A program made the position numbers and the translations under genes. This document shows positions 25,830 through 37,573 of a stretch of DNA of 64,000 nt, one piece after another (position 1 is the first letter of the stretch; every line of letters starts with the position of its first letter). The notes under the pieces are model-generated. The model saw nothing but the letters and a program-made list of their open reading frames with translations, was not told the DNA's origin and did no database searches. Location: NCBI GenBank assembly GCA_964602115.1, contig CAZRQN010000002.1, positions 248-64,247 of the forward strand, in the 5' to 3' direction. The stretch is from an uncultured Rhodobacterales bacterium. Lineage in GTDB: Bacteria > Pseudomonadota > Alphaproteobacteria > Rhodobacterales > Rhodobacteraceae.

Positions 25830-26597
25830 CTAGCGTGCGTTGCGCAATGCGGCCCGGCGCAGGGGCTGCGCCAGATCCAGCCCCGAAGCTTCGGCCAGAG
25901 CATCGAGATCGCCGATCTCGAACCGGTCGGTGTCAAGGATGCGGATCAACCCTTCGCGCGCCAGTCCGTGAATGGCGCGGCTGAGCGTTTCGGACCGCAC
26001 GCCCAGACAGCGGGCAAAGTCGCCGCGGCCCATCGGCAGGCGCACCGTGACCTCCCCGGCCGTCACGCTGCCCGCAGACCGGTGCTGCCGGTGGGCGAGA
26101 ATCACCAGAAACGCCGCCACGCGTTCGGTGACGCGGGTGCCGTTCAGCAGCAACACCCATTCGCGTGCAGCATCAAGTTCGTCCAGAAGCGAGACGAGGA
26201 ACATTCGCTCCAGTTCCGGCGCCTCGCGCAGGACCGCCTCGAAGGGCGCGCGCTCGAAGCACAACAGGCGGCAGTCGCTGAGCGCCTCAAGCCGATGGTT
26301 GAAGGGCCCGTCGAAGATCCGGCCGAACATGTCGGACGGAAGCAGCAGGCCGATGATGTGTTCGCGCCCGTCAGGCAGGGTCTTGGCCATGCCGAGCGTT
26401 CCGTCGAGCACATAGCCGACCTGGGCGCTGGTTCCCCCGTCGGGAACCACGATTTCGCCGCGCGAAGCCTGGCGCAGACCTGCGGCGCCAGCGAGCCGCG
26501 CCTGAAGCGCGTGGGCAAGCCGATCCAGTGCCGACACCAGAGGCGCATGATCAGCGGCGAGAAAGCCGCGCAGTTCTGCAAACGAAATCGCGCTCAT
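25830..26597 (-). CDS. Crp/Fnr family transcriptional regulator without an N-terminal Cys cluster
   Basis: It has a cNMP-binding-like beta-roll. The C-terminal HTH is RGDFARCLGVRSETLSRAIHGLAREGLI, with the E--SR recognition motif of the FNR class. Confidence 0.85.
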   Translation of the reverse strand: MSAISFAELRGFLAADHAPLVSALDRLAHALQARLAGAAGLRQASRGEIVVPDGGTSAQVGYVLDGTLGMAKTLPDGREHIIGLLLPSDMFGRIFDGPFNHRLEALSDCRLLCFERAPFEAVLREAPELERMFLVSLLDELDAAREWVLLLNGTRVTERVAAFLVILAHRQHRSAGSVTAGEVTVRLPMGRGDFARCLGVRSETLSRAIHGLAREGLIRILDTDRFEIGDLDALAEASGLDLAQPLRRAALRNAR

Positions 26598-26673
26598 TGC
26601 CGCCGCCTATTGCAGAGTCGCGGGATGCAGCCTGACATGTTTCGCCGCGCTGCCAAATGGAAAGCAGCCCGGT

Positions 26674-26687
26674 TTGACCTCAGTCAA
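26674..26687. promoter_or_regulatory. FNR/ANR-type box TTGACCTCAGTCAA shared by two divergent Crp/Fnr genes
   Basis: It is a perfect palindrome lying between the start at 26597 (minus strand) and the start at 26742 (plus strand). Confidence 0.75.
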
Positions 26688-26741
26688 AGCACCCTGCTGC
26701 AAGATCGCTTTCCATCGGGCGACAGTCGCCATGGGGCGCGC

Positions 26742-27539
26742 ATGGACATTTCATCCGGCCTTGTCTTGCACGAAGGGGAGCGGTCCCTGCCAGGGTTGGC
26801 GGCGCGGGCTGCCTCCGAGCCCCCCGCCTGCGCGGCTTGCCATGCACGCAGTGCGGGGTTCTGCCGAAGCCTTTGCGATCCGGCGCTCGGGATCATTGCC
26901 AAACGCTCGGTCCGCATCAGTCTCCCTGCCAATCAGGCGGTTTTTGACCATGGCGGCGGCGCGGACTTCGGCATCCTTGTCCGAGGGTATCTGCGGCGCG
27001 TGCATTACACCGCCGAGGGCCGCCGCCAGATTGTGAGCCTGACGGCCCCGGGCGAGACTTTCGCACTTCAGGATACCGAGGGTCAGGGTGTGCTGGAGAC
27101 GGCAACCAAGGCTCAGATCTGCCGCATTCAGGCATCGAACTATGCCCAGGCCTTGCGCGACAGCCGCCAGTTCCGGCGCCTCATCTTCCGCCAGGCGCAA
27201 GCGAAGTTCGACCGGCTGTGCGATCTCACCTGGGCGCTTGGCGCGCTCGGTCCCGAAGAGCGCCTTGCAGGCTTTCTGGTCCGATCCATCGCCTTCATGC
27301 CGTGGAGGCCACTGCCAGCCGGCGGCGGGATCCTGACCATCGAACTCGGGCGGACGGATATTGCCGATCTCCTGGGCACGACGCTTGAATCGATCAGCCG
27401 CATCACCCAGCGCTTCCACCGCGAGGGGGTGATCCGCATCCTTGATCCGCGCCACTTCGAGATCGCCGACCCGGCGCGCCTGGCCCGGCTGGGAGCGATT
27501 TCCGAGATGCCCGGGCCAAGTGCCACCAGAGCCGCTTGA
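26742..27539 (+). CDS. FNR-like regulator with an N-terminal cysteine cluster (candidate O2-sensing Fe-S type)
   Basis: The N-terminus contains PPACAACHARSAGFCRSLC, and there is a central Cys in KAQICRIQ. The HTH is RTDIADLLGTTLESISRITQRFHREGVI (E--SR motif). The 5' two thirds of the listed 588-aa ORF are antisense to the neighbouring gene and were rejected. Confidence 0.8.
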   Translation: MDISSGLVLHEGERSLPGLAARAASEPPACAACHARSAGFCRSLCDPALGIIAKRSVRISLPANQAVFDHGGGADFGILVRGYLRRVHYTAEGRRQIVSLTAPGETFALQDTEGQGVLETATKAQICRIQASNYAQALRDSRQFRRLIFRQAQAKFDRLCDLTWALGALGPEERLAGFLVRSIAFMPWRPLPAGGGILTIELGRTDIADLLGTTLESISRITQRFHREGVIRILDPRHFEIADPARLARLGAISEMPGPSATRAA

Positions 27540-27780
27540 CCTGGCCGGCAAGGGGCAAGGCGCCTTGCTGACGATGACTGCGGAAGGCCGGTTCACCCTC
27601 CCGGCCGCTGCTGCCCACCGATTCGGACGGTCCCGGTCAGCCGGTGTCGGGGGAGATGACCGAAATCAATGAAATGCGCCGCAAGCGGGAACAATTGGAA
27701 CAGTCTGACCAAGGGAAAGGTCTCGGCCCCGTCCCCCAGGGGGCCGATCCGTCGAGCAGCCCCATCCTTTCCGTCAGGCC

Positions 27781-27822
27781 GATCACCGGAGCGGGGATGG
27801 TTGCCTCACCGCTCCGGTGATC
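27781..27822. repeat. Perfect 14-bp inverted repeat (hairpin) GATCACCGGAGCGG-N14-CCGCTCCGGTGATC
   Basis: Read directly from the sequence. It lies in the 465-bp non-coding gap, 184 nt downstream of the ftsH-like stop. No U-tract is present on either strand. Confidence 0.5.
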
Positions 27823-28005
27823 CCGAACTTCCCTCGTGGCCAGGTCCGTTCCCACGATCGCAGTCGATGCCCGGCCGCCCGAGGTCTCGAAAATGGGGCC
27901 CTCCATCGGGGCGGTCGCGAGCTGCACGGGAACCCGCCAAGGGAGATTCCGGACGCGGACAGACCGCCTTCGACGAACCCGGCGAGAGCCGCCAACGGAC
28001 GCACG

Positions 28006-29808
<1,803 letters not shown>

Positions 29809-29870
29809 CCCTGCCCCTGTTCCGCTGGCGGTGCCCTCTGCCCTGCTGGCCCATGGCGATGCGGGCGGCA

Positions 29871-29884
29871 TTGATCCGGGTCAA
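29871..29884. promoter_or_regulatory. FNR/ANR-type box TTGATCCGGGTCAA
   Basis: It matches TTGAT-N4-GTCAA perfectly and is centred about 70 nt upstream of the ftsH-like ATG at 29808. Confidence 0.65.
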
Positions 29885-30107
29885 TCCGGCGCCTGAACGC
29901 TGGCCCGCAAGACCGGCCCTCGCCCCATCGGCCGGGGGGCCGGACTGGGGACGGCCGCTCAACTTGCCGCCTCCCGACTCATGCCAATCCGACCTGTGAC
30001 GACCGCGCGACCTGCCTTACCCAGCTCCCTATCGTCGATGGTCAGCCGGACCTCCGGGCCAGATCGACTCACCCTGCGCCGATCCACCGGATGCCGGGGC
30101 TGAACTC

Positions 30108-31298
30108 CTAGCTGCCGGCCGCCGCCTCGACCCGCACGCCATCGGCGATCAGGTCGTTGGGGTGCAGGATCACGACCTCGCCGGGCTCCAGCCCTTCGGC
30201 CACGGCGGCGTAGTCGCTGTTGCGTTCGCCGAGCGCGATCCGTCGCAGGCTGGCGCGGCCATCCACGACAACGAAGGTCGCCCAGTCGCTGCCCGCCCGG
30301 AACAACGCCCCGACGGGGATGGCGGTCAGTCCCTGACCTTCCCAGACCTCGATCCGCGCCGTGATCCGGTAGCCATCGCCCAGTTCGGCCCAGGCCGCAG
30401 GATCGCCGTCAAGGCCGAGAACCACGCGGACCCGTTGCTCCTCGATCCCCAGCGCCGAGACGCGGGTGCTGGCCGATGGATCGATGCGCAGGACCCGGGC
30501 CGGGATCGGCGCTCCGCCCCAGCCATTGATCACGGCCTCGGCGCCGGGCGCGATGCGGACCGCATCGGAAGACAGGAGGTCAACGTCGATTTCCATGTCA
30601 CCGGGGTCGCCGATTTCCAGAAGCGGCTGACCGGGCTGGACCACCTGTTCGCTTTCCGCAAGCACCCGAAGCACCTGGCCCGTCGCAGGCGCCCTGAGAT
30701 CGGTGCAACAGATGCCTCCCTCGCCCAGGTCCTCCTCCGACAGCGCGGCGCGCGCGCTGTCGCGCTCGCGTTCGCGCACCGCGAGGTTCGCCCGGGCACT
30801 CGCAAGCGCTGCCTCGGCGGTCGCAAGGACCAGTTGCGCCATGTCGTAGTCGCGTGCCGAAATCGCGTCGCGCTCGCGGAGCGAAGCTGCCCGCGTCGCA
30901 TCGCCCTGGCGGAAGCCAAGCTCGGCCAGGGCGCGCGCCACTTCGGCCTTGCTCAGCTCGACCGCCGCCTCTGCCGCTTCAACGCTCGCTTCGGCGACTT
31001 GCCGACTACGCGCGTCGAGAAGCGCCGGCGGGACCGGGCGGATCCGGGCGACGACGGTTTCGCCTGCCACTACCTGGTCGCCAGCATGCAGTTCGAGCCG
31101 CGACATGCGTCCGGCGATCGAGGCCGATACGGTGAAGACCTCGCGGATACGTGCCGTGCCCTCCTCCTCGACATGAACCGCGATGGTGCGCCGGTCGATC
31201 GCCTCCGTCTCTACGGCGACCGGTCGCGGCCAGAAGGCCCACAGGAATGCGCCAAGGACGGCGAGCGCGACAGACAGGATCAGCAGGCGGCGGATCAT
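30108..31298 (-). CDS. HlyD/MacA-family periplasmic adaptor subunit
   Basis: It has an N-terminal TM anchor, a long coiled-coil region (AEASVEAAEAAVELSKAEVARALAEL...) and barrel-sandwich/beta-barrel segments. The ATG lies 1 nt after the permease stop. Confidence 0.85.
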   Translation of the reverse strand: MIRRLLILSVALAVLGAFLWAFWPRPVAVETEAIDRRTIAVHVEEEGTARIREVFTVSASIAGRMSRLELHAGDQVVAGETVVARIRPVPPALLDARSRQVAEASVEAAEAAVELSKAEVARALAELGFRQGDATRAASLRERDAISARDYDMAQLVLATAEAALASARANLAVRERERDSARAALSEEDLGEGGICCTDLRAPATGQVLRVLAESEQVVQPGQPLLEIGDPGDMEIDVDLLSSDAVRIAPGAEAVINGWGGAPIPARVLRIDPSASTRVSALGIEEQRVRVVLGLDGDPAAWAELGDGYRITARIEVWEGQGLTAIPVGALFRAGSDWATFVVVDGRASLRRIALGERNSDYAAVAEGLEPGEVVILHPNDLIADGVRVEAAAGS

Positions 31299-31299
31299 C

Positions 31300-33675
31300 T
31301 CATTCCCTCGTCTTCAGGACCTCGATCATGTCGAGCCGGTTGATGCGCCCCCGGATCAGCAGCGCCGAGCCGAAGGCCGACACGAGCACGATGAGGCTCG
31401 CATTCGCATAGACGTCGCGCGTGATGATCAGGGGTACCCGATACAGTTCGGAGCTGAAGGCGGCGAGCACCGCCTGGGCGAAGCCATAGCCGATCAGCCA
31501 GCCGAGCGGCTGGGCAATGAGGACGACGGCGGCCAGTTCGGCATAGAGGATTCGCGCCACCTCGGCCCGGGTGAAGCCCAGAACGCGAAGGCTGGCCAGC
31601 TCGCGGCCCTGTTCGGACAGCACGATGCGGGCAAAGTTATAGACCACGCCCACCGCGATGATCGCCCCGAAGGCGACATAGACCACCGTCATGATCTGCA
31701 CGTTCTCCGCGAGAGTCGTGCGGAACTTGGCCAGCGAAAGCCGCATCAGTGCCAGGAACCCGGTCGTCGGCGTCTTGCGGATTTCGGCGTAGAACGCCGA
31801 CTGCTGCCTGGGGTCGAGCGCCAGATGAACGCCGGAAATCCGCCCTCCGGTGCCCGTCATCCGGTCAAGCGCAGAAAAGCCTGCATAGGCACCAAGCCCG
31901 AGATAGCCGAGGCTGATGCCGCTGACCGGCGTCCGAAATTGCCTCTGGTCGCCTTCCAGAAGGGTGACATCCACCTCGTCGCCAACCCGGACCTTCAGGA
32001 TGCCGGCCAAAGCGTCGGACAGGACCACGCCATCCGCAGGCATGGCCATCGGCCGTTCCTCGCGGTCAAGGACGCGCGACAGGTCGGTGCCCCCGTCCGG
32101 CAGACCCTGCAGGGCAAGGCGGCGCGAGGCCGTGCCGTTCGAGATGCGCACGGCGACGGTGCGGTAGGGTTCGGCGGACAGTACGCCGGGCAGACGTGCG
32201 GCCGCGTAGAGGGCAGCCATCGGCCGCTCCCCGGTAAAGGTGATCGTGGCGTCCTGTCGCGCCGTGCGGAAGAAGACGATATCGATCATCCTGTCGATCG
32301 ACCCTTCGCTCCATTGCGATCCGACCAGAACGCCCACCGCAAATGCGACCCCCAGGATCGACGTTCCGGTGCGGATGGGCCAGCGCAGCAAATGGCGCGC
32401 GACCATCACGCCCGACTGGCGGATGAAGCGTGCCGCCTCGAACAGGTCGCCCAGGAGGCGCCGGTAGCGCAGGGGCGCCGGCGGTTGCATCGCGACCGCC
32501 GGCGGCAGCCAGGCGACGGAGCGGACCGCATAGGCCGCGCCCGCGACGGCCGAGCCGAGCGTGATCAGCGCGGCGATGGCATAGACCGACGGATCGCGGC
32601 TGAAGATGAGGAACGGAAAGTGGTAGAACCGGGCATAAAGCGCCGCGAGCCCCGCGCCAAGCCAGGCGCCCGACACGCTCCCGATGGCGACGCCGATTAC
32701 TGCGATGGCCAGCACGAATTCGACATAGTGCTCCGCAATGGCCCAGGGCCCGTAGCCGATCGCCTTCAGAAGGCCGATCTGCTCGCGCTCCAGCGCGACA
32801 AGACGCGACAGGGTCATGTTGACCAGAAAGGCCGCCACCAGCAGGAAGATCGGCGGCAGCACCCGGCTCATGCCGCGCAATTGCTGAAGCTCGGCGTCGA
32901 GGAAGGCGTGGCTGAGCTGGTCCTTGCGGCCATAGGCCCCGGTGCCGCCATAGGGCGCAAGCAGGCGGTCAAGCTCGGCAATGACGGCCGCCTCCGACGC
33001 GCCGGGCGCCAGCACCAGCGAGACGCTCGAAAAGGCGCCGTCGAGATCAAAGGCCGCCGCCAGCGCCTTGTCCGACATCCAGACGATACCGAACCGCCGT
33101 TCGTCGGGCATCGCATCGCCGGGACCAAGCGCGTAGATGAACTCGGGCGACAGCGCGATCCCCGTCACCAGCAGCCTTCGCTCGCGTCCGTTCATCAGGA
33201 CCGAGAATCCTGCGCCCGGCACCAGACCATGAGCGGTGGCGAAGCCCTCCGAGATGACCGCCTCGGAAGCCGCCTGCGGGTCGGGCAGGCGACCCGCGCG
33301 CAGGTAGAGATGGTTCAGCGCGCCCGGGTCGTCGCCCGGAGAGGAGATCAGCATGGCATTGCCCGGCTCCTCCATCCCCTCGATCCGGGTCAGCGCCAGG
33401 CGGGCGATGCGGGTCTGGACCGCTAGCACCCCGTCGATGGTGGCGATGCGGGCGGCCAGCGCGCGGGGCGCACGGGTCACCTCGGCGAAGACGTCGCCAA
33501 ACCGGCTTTCGGCATAATAGGCCGCGCGGGTGCGGTCGAGCGATGCATGGGCACCCACGCCCAGGACCAGGGTCGCGACGCCGGCCGCCATGACCAGCGC
33601 GATGGCCAGCGCCTGCGCCCAAAGCCTGCGCAGGTCGCGCAGGAGCTTGATGCGAAGGGGCGACAGCGCAGTCAC
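31300..33675 (-). CDS. ABC transporter permease with duplicated FtsX-like domains (791 aa)
   Basis: The GTG at 33675 overlaps the ATPase stop as GTGA. The N-terminus is [32 protein letters not shown]. There are two FtsX-type four-TM modules with large periplasmic loops. The ORF extension up to 34443 is out of register with the ATPase gene and was rejected. Confidence 0.8.
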   Translation of the reverse strand: MTALSPLRIKLLRDLRRLWAQALAIALVMAAGVATLVLGVGAHASLDRTRAAYYAESRFGDVFAEVTRAPRALAARIATIDGVLAVQTRIARLALTRIEGMEEPGNAMLISSPGDDPGALNHLYLRAGRLPDPQAASEAVISEGFATAHGLVPGAGFSVLMNGRERRLLVTGIALSPEFIYALGPGDAMPDERRFGIVWMSDKALAAAFDLDGAFSSVSLVLAPGASEAAVIAELDRLLAPYGGTGAYGRKDQLSHAFLDAELQQLRGMSRVLPPIFLLVAAFLVNMTLSRLVALEREQIGLLKAIGYGPWAIAEHYVEFVLAIAVIGVAIGSVSGAWLGAGLAALYARFYHFPFLIFSRDPSVYAIAALITLGSAVAGAAYAVRSVAWLPPAVAMQPPAPLRYRRLLGDLFEAARFIRQSGVMVARHLLRWPIRTGTSILGVAFAVGVLVGSQWSEGSIDRMIDIVFFRTARQDATITFTGERPMAALYAAARLPGVLSAEPYRTVAVRISNGTASRRLALQGLPDGGTDLSRVLDREERPMAMPADGVVLSDALAGILKVRVGDEVDVTLLEGDQRQFRTPVSGISLGYLGLGAYAGFSALDRMTGTGGRISGVHLALDPRQQSAFYAEIRKTPTTGFLALMRLSLAKFRTTLAENVQIMTVVYVAFGAIIAVGVVYNFARIVLSEQGRELASLRVLGFTRAEVARILYAELAAVVLIAQPLGWLIGYGFAQAVLAAFSSELYRVPLIITRDVYANASLIVLVSAFGSALLIRGRINRLDMIEVLKTRE

Positions 33676-34388
33676 CAGCTCACCTCCGCCGGGGCCTTGC
33701 GCGCGGCGTTGACCTCGTCCGACAGGATCGTCCCGTTGCCGAAGCGCACGACCCGGTGGGCGATCTGGCGGATCGCAACGTTGTGGGTGATGACCAGCGT
33801 CGTCGCCCCGATCGCCCTGTTCACATCGGTCAGCGCCTCCAGAACCTTGATGCCGGTATGGGAATCGAGCGCCCCGGTCGGCTCGTCGCACAGAAGCACC
33901 TCGGGGTTCTTGGCGATGGCGCGCGCGATCGCCACACGCTGCTGCTCGCCTCCGGAAAGCTGCGCTGGGAAATGGTCCATCCGTTCGGCCAGCCCGACCA
34001 TGGCCAGCGCCTCCTCGGCCCTCATCGGCCGCCGGGCGATCTCGGTCACCAGCCGCACATTCTCGCGTGCGGTGAGGCTCGGGACGAGATTGTAGAACTG
34101 GAAAACAAAGCCCACATGGTCCCGCCGGTAGCGGGTGAGCTCGGAATCGCCGGCCCTGGTCAGTTCCTGATCCATGAACCAGACGCTGCCCGCAGTCGCC
34201 GTATCGAGCCCGCCGACGATATTGAGGAAGGTGGACTTGCCCGACCCCGAAGGGCCGAGGATCACCACGAACTCTCCCGCCCGCGCCGCAAAATCGACAC
34301 CGCGCAAAGCCTGCACCTCGACCTCGCCCGAACGGTAGGTCTTTGACAGGCCGCTCACGCGGAAGACTGGCTGATCGGTGTCGTTCAT
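33672..34388 (-). CDS. ABC transporter ATP-binding protein (MacB/LolD-like)
   Basis: Walker A is GPSGSGKST, the signature is [14 protein letters not shown] and Walker B is [11 protein letters not shown]. The ATG at 34388 follows GGAGGG. Confidence 0.9.
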   Translation of the reverse strand: MNDTDQPVFRVSGLSKTYRSGEVEVQALRGVDFAARAGEFVVILGPSGSGKSTFLNIVGGLDTATAGSVWFMDQELTRAGDSELTRYRRDHVGFVFQFYNLVPSLTARENVRLVTEIARRPMRAEEALAMVGLAERMDHFPAQLSGGEQQRVAIARAIAKNPEVLLCDEPTGALDSHTGIKVLEALTDVNRAIGATTLVITHNVAIRQIAHRVVRFGNGTILSDEVNAARKAPAEVSW

Positions 34389-34442
34389 CCCGGGGCGCCC
34401 TCCGCTCGGGCCCCTGATTGCAGCGTCCCGGTCCAGTTCGCA

Positions 34443-34456
34443 TTGATTCCGGTCAA
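34443..34456. promoter_or_regulatory. FNR/ANR-type box TTGATTCCGGTCAA
   Basis: It is a perfect match centred about 62 nt upstream of the ABC ATPase ATG at 34388 (minus strand). Confidence 0.65.
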
Positions 34457-34558
34457 ATCTGGCTGGCGGGGCCGTTTCGGGATTGGAAAGCCGGCCGCGA
34501 ACCTTCCGGCGCAAGGAAAGGGATGGCGGACGCCGGCAAATTCCCTGGGCGCTGCCCA

Positions 34559-34572
34559 TTGACCAAAATCAA
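34559..34572. promoter_or_regulatory. FNR/ANR-type box TTGACCAAAATCAA
   Basis: It is a perfect match lying 282 nt upstream of the arcD ATG. ANR-dependent arcDABC promoters are established in Pseudomonas aeruginosa. Confidence 0.65.
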
Positions 34573-34853
34573 TGCCCGGCCCCGGCTTCCAGGTGACTTT
34601 CAGACAAATACCGCGCCTGCCAACCGATCAGGAACCGGAGCGATGAGGCGATTTGGCCAGACTGCGCCCGTCGCGAGGGTGCTCGGGGCCATGCTCCGCG
34701 CCCCAGGTCAGGACCCGGCCAGCGGAGAAACCTGCGGACCCGGGGACCGGGTCGTCAAGCGCGGCTCGCGTCACTGCGCCCTGACGCCCGCAACCTGACG
34801 GCCGGCCCCGACGACCCTGACTGCGAACACCGTATCAAGCTGGGAGTGTCGCC

Positions 34854-36323
34854 ATGAGCACCACGCATCCTTTTCCCGGTTCCGCCGCCAGCGCGCAGTC
34901 AGACGATCGGCTCGGGCTTTGGTCGCTGATTGCCCTTGTCGTCGGATCCATGATCGGGGGCGGCGTCTTCAGCCTGCCGCAGAACATGGCCAAGGGGGCG
35001 TCGCCCGGGGCGGTGATGCTTGGCTGGCTGATCAGTGGCGTGGGCATCCTGGCGCTCGCGCTGGTCTATCAGGGGCTTTCGATGCGCAAGCCAGCGCTGG
35101 ACGCCGGGCCCTATGCCTATGCCCGCGCCGGGTTCGGCGATTTCATCGGCTTTAACAGCGCCTGGGGCTACTGGCTCAGCGCCTGGATCGGCAACGTTTC
35201 CTATGCCGTCCTGATCTTCGGCGCGCTCAGCTATTTTGTCCCGGCTTTCGGCGCCGAGGGGAACACCTGGCAGGCGATCCTCGGCGCGTCGATCTGCCTC
35301 TGGGCGATCCATGCGCTGGTGCTGGTCGGCGTCCGTCAGGCGGCCATCGTCAATGTCGTGACGACCATCGCCAAGCTCGCGCCGATCTTCATCTTCATCG
35401 TTGCGCTGCTGGCGGTCTTCCACCTGCCGACCTTCAAGCTCGATCTCCGGGGCGCGGGGGTGCCGGACCTGGGCGACGTGATGACCCAGGTGAAAAGCAC
35501 GATGCTGGTCACGCTCTGGGTGTTCATCGGAATCGAGGGGGCGAGCGTCGTCTCGGCCCGCGCCGCGCGGCGCGACGACATCGGGCGGGCGACGATCCTT
35601 GGATTTCTCGTCTCCCTGGCCGTCTATCTTCTGGTCTCGCTTCTGTCTTTCGGGATCATGACCCAGCCCGAACTGGCCGCCCTTCCGGGTACGGCCTCCA
35701 TGGCCGATGTGCTGGAAAAGGTCGTCGGGCCCTGGGGGTCGGTGCTGGTGCGGATCGGCCTCGTCGTCTCGGTCGCAGGAGCGTTCCTCAGCTGGACGCT
35801 CTTTGCCGCCGAAATCCCCTACCGCGCCGCCAGCGAGGGGATGCTGCCCGACATCTTCGCCTCCGAGAACGGCAAGGGCTCGCCCTCGGGCGCGCTCTGG
35901 ATCACCAACATTCTCGTCCAGTTCTTCCTGATCCTGACGCTCTACGCCAACTCGACCTATCTCGCGCTCTTCTACATCGCCTCGACGGCGATCCTCGTGC
36001 CCTATGTCCTTTCGGGCGCCTATGCGGTCAAACTGGCGCTCAGCGGCGAGGGCTATCGAGCGGGGGAAGCGCGGGGGCGCGACATGGTCGTGGGCGCGCT
36101 TGCCACGGTCTATGGAGCCTGGCTCGTCTATGCCGCAGGCCCGAATTACCTCCTGATGTGCGCGATCCTCTATGCGCTGGGGATCCCCTTCTATTGGTGG
36201 GCGCGCCAGGAACGCGGCGAGCGGGCCTTTACCGGGGTCGAGGGCCTGATCGCCCTGGCCATCGTGATCGCGGCAGGGATCGCATCCTATCTGATGTGGA
36301 CCGGCGCAATCAGTGCCCTGTGA
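34854..36323 (+). CDS. arcD: Arginine/ornithine antiporter
   Basis: The product is a 489-aa APC-superfamily permease. The N-terminus LGLWSLIALVVGSMIGGGVFSLPQNMA is typical of ArcD. It is the first gene of an arc operon. Confidence 0.85.
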   Translation: MSTTHPFPGSAASAQSDDRLGLWSLIALVVGSMIGGGVFSLPQNMAKGASPGAVMLGWLISGVGILALALVYQGLSMRKPALDAGPYAYARAGFGDFIGFNSAWGYWLSAWIGNVSYAVLIFGALSYFVPAFGAEGNTWQAILGASICLWAIHALVLVGVRQAAIVNVVTTIAKLAPIFIFIVALLAVFHLPTFKLDLRGAGVPDLGDVMTQVKSTMLVTLWVFIGIEGASVVSARAARRDDIGRATILGFLVSLAVYLLVSLLSFGIMTQPELAALPGTASMADVLEKVVGPWGSVLVRIGLVVSVAGAFLSWTLFAAEIPYRAASEGMLPDIFASENGKGSPSGALWITNILVQFFLILTLYANSTYLALFYIASTAILVPYVLSGAYAVKLALSGEGYRAGEARGRDMVVGALATVYGAWLVYAAGPNYLLMCAILYALGIPFYWWARQERGERAFTGVEGLIALAIVIAAGIASYLMWTGAISAL

Positions 36324-36335
36324 CCGGAGCTGCCC

Positions 36336-37556
36336 ATGACCCTCGGCGTTCACTCGGAAACCGGACGGCTCAGGCAGGTCATCGTCTGCCGCCCTGGCCT
36401 CGCCCACCGCCGCCTCACGCCCTCGAACTGTCAGGAACTGCTCTTTGACGATGTCTTCTGGGTCAAGCAGGCACAGAAGGACCATGACGTCTTCGCGCGT
36501 GTGATGCGCGACGAAGGGGTTGAGGTTCTGGACGTGAACCACCTTCTCGCCGAGGTGATGGAGCGGCCCGAGGGCCGCGCCTGGGTGCTCGACCACCGGA
36601 TCACGCCGGACGATGTGGGCGTCGGCATGGGGGCGGAGCTGCGGGCCTGGCTGGAGGAATTGCCCGGGGCAAGGCTGGCCGAATTCCTCCTGGGCGGACT
36701 GGCCGCCGACGATCTGCCGTTCCGGCCGAGCGATCTCTTCGGGAGTTACCTCGGCCATCACGGCTTCATCCTGCCGCCGCTGCCCAATGCATTGTTCACC
36801 CGGGACTATTCCTCCTGGATCTACGGCGGGGTGACGGTGAACCCAATGTTCTGGCCCGCGCGCCGGCCCGAGACCCTGCTCGTCACCGCGATCTACAAGT
36901 TCCACCCGAAATTCGCGGGCCAGGTGACGATCCATTGGGGCGACCCGCTGCGGGACCACGGGCTGGCCACCCTGGAAGGCGGCGACGTGATGCCGGTGGG
37001 CAACCGCACGGTTCTGGTCGGCATGGGCGAGCGCTCCTCTCCGCAAGCGATCGGTCAGTTGGCCGTGGCGCTTTTCGCCAGGAATGTGGTGGACCGCGTG
37101 CTCGCCTTCCGCATCCCGGCCTCCCGCGCGGCGATGCATCTCGACACGGTCTTCACCCTCTGCGGCGGCGATGTGGTGACGACCTTCCGGGAGGTCGCCG
37201 AGGCGCTCGTCTGCTACGACATCCGCCCCGGCGAGGGGAAAGCGCCCCTGTCCTTCCGCCGCGACCCGAGGCCGATCTTCGAGATCGTGGCCGAGGTCCT
37301 GGGCTACCGGCGGCTCCAGATCGTCCCGACCGGCGGGACGACCGAGGAGGAGCGGGCCCGCGAGCAGTGGAACGACGGCAACAACGTACTCGCGCTGCGG
37401 CCCGGGGTGGTGGTCGCCTATGACCGCAACGACGACACCAACGCCGCGCTCAGGGCCGCCGGGATCGAGGTTCTGACCATCCCGGGCGCCGAACTGGGCC
37501 GGGGCCGGGGCGGCGGCCATTGCATGAGCTGCCCGACGATCCGCGATCCACTCTGA
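36336..37556 (+). CDS. arcA: Arginine deiminase
   Basis: The sequence starts [35 protein letters not shown] and ends with the C-terminal catalytic [11 protein letters not shown] motif. The length is 406 aa. Confidence 0.9.
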   Translation: MTLGVHSETGRLRQVIVCRPGLAHRRLTPSNCQELLFDDVFWVKQAQKDHDVFARVMRDEGVEVLDVNHLLAEVMERPEGRAWVLDHRITPDDVGVGMGAELRAWLEELPGARLAEFLLGGLAADDLPFRPSDLFGSYLGHHGFILPPLPNALFTRDYSSWIYGGVTVNPMFWPARRPETLLVTAIYKFHPKFAGQVTIHWGDPLRDHGLATLEGGDVMPVGNRTVLVGMGERSSPQAIGQLAVALFARNVVDRVLAFRIPASRAAMHLDTVFTLCGGDVVTTFREVAEALVCYDIRPGEGKAPLSFRRDPRPIFEIVAEVLGYRRLQIVPTGGTTEEERAREQWNDGNNVLALRPGVVVAYDRNDDTNAALRAAGIEVLTIPGAELGRGRGGGHCMSCPTIRDPL

Positions 37557-37573
37557 CCGGACAGGACCCCGCC

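Noticed and set aside
25773-26741. The N-terminal 323 codons of the listed 588-aa ORF that ends as the FNR-like protein.
   Set aside because: This part is antisense to the well-supported Crp/Fnr gene at 25830-26597 and would span the shared box. The FNR-like homology only begins near the ATG at 26742.
31183-33426. A 747-aa plus-strand ORF antisense to the FtsX permease gene. The 561-aa ORF 27817-29502, antisense to ftsH, is a similar case.
   Set aside because: These are high-GC antisense artefacts with Arg/Gly/Asp-rich translations. The sense-strand genes have diagnostic motifs.
33676-34443. The N-terminal 256 codons of the listed 1047-aa permease ORF.
   Set aside because: This part overlaps the ABC ATPase gene in another frame. 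The GTG at 33675 gives a GTGA stop/start overlap and a typical permease N-terminus.
34899-37520. An 873-aa minus-strand ORF antisense to arcD and arcA.
   Set aside because: It has a low-complexity Arg/Asp/Gly/Pro composition, and the plus-strand frames match ArcD and ArcA unambiguously.
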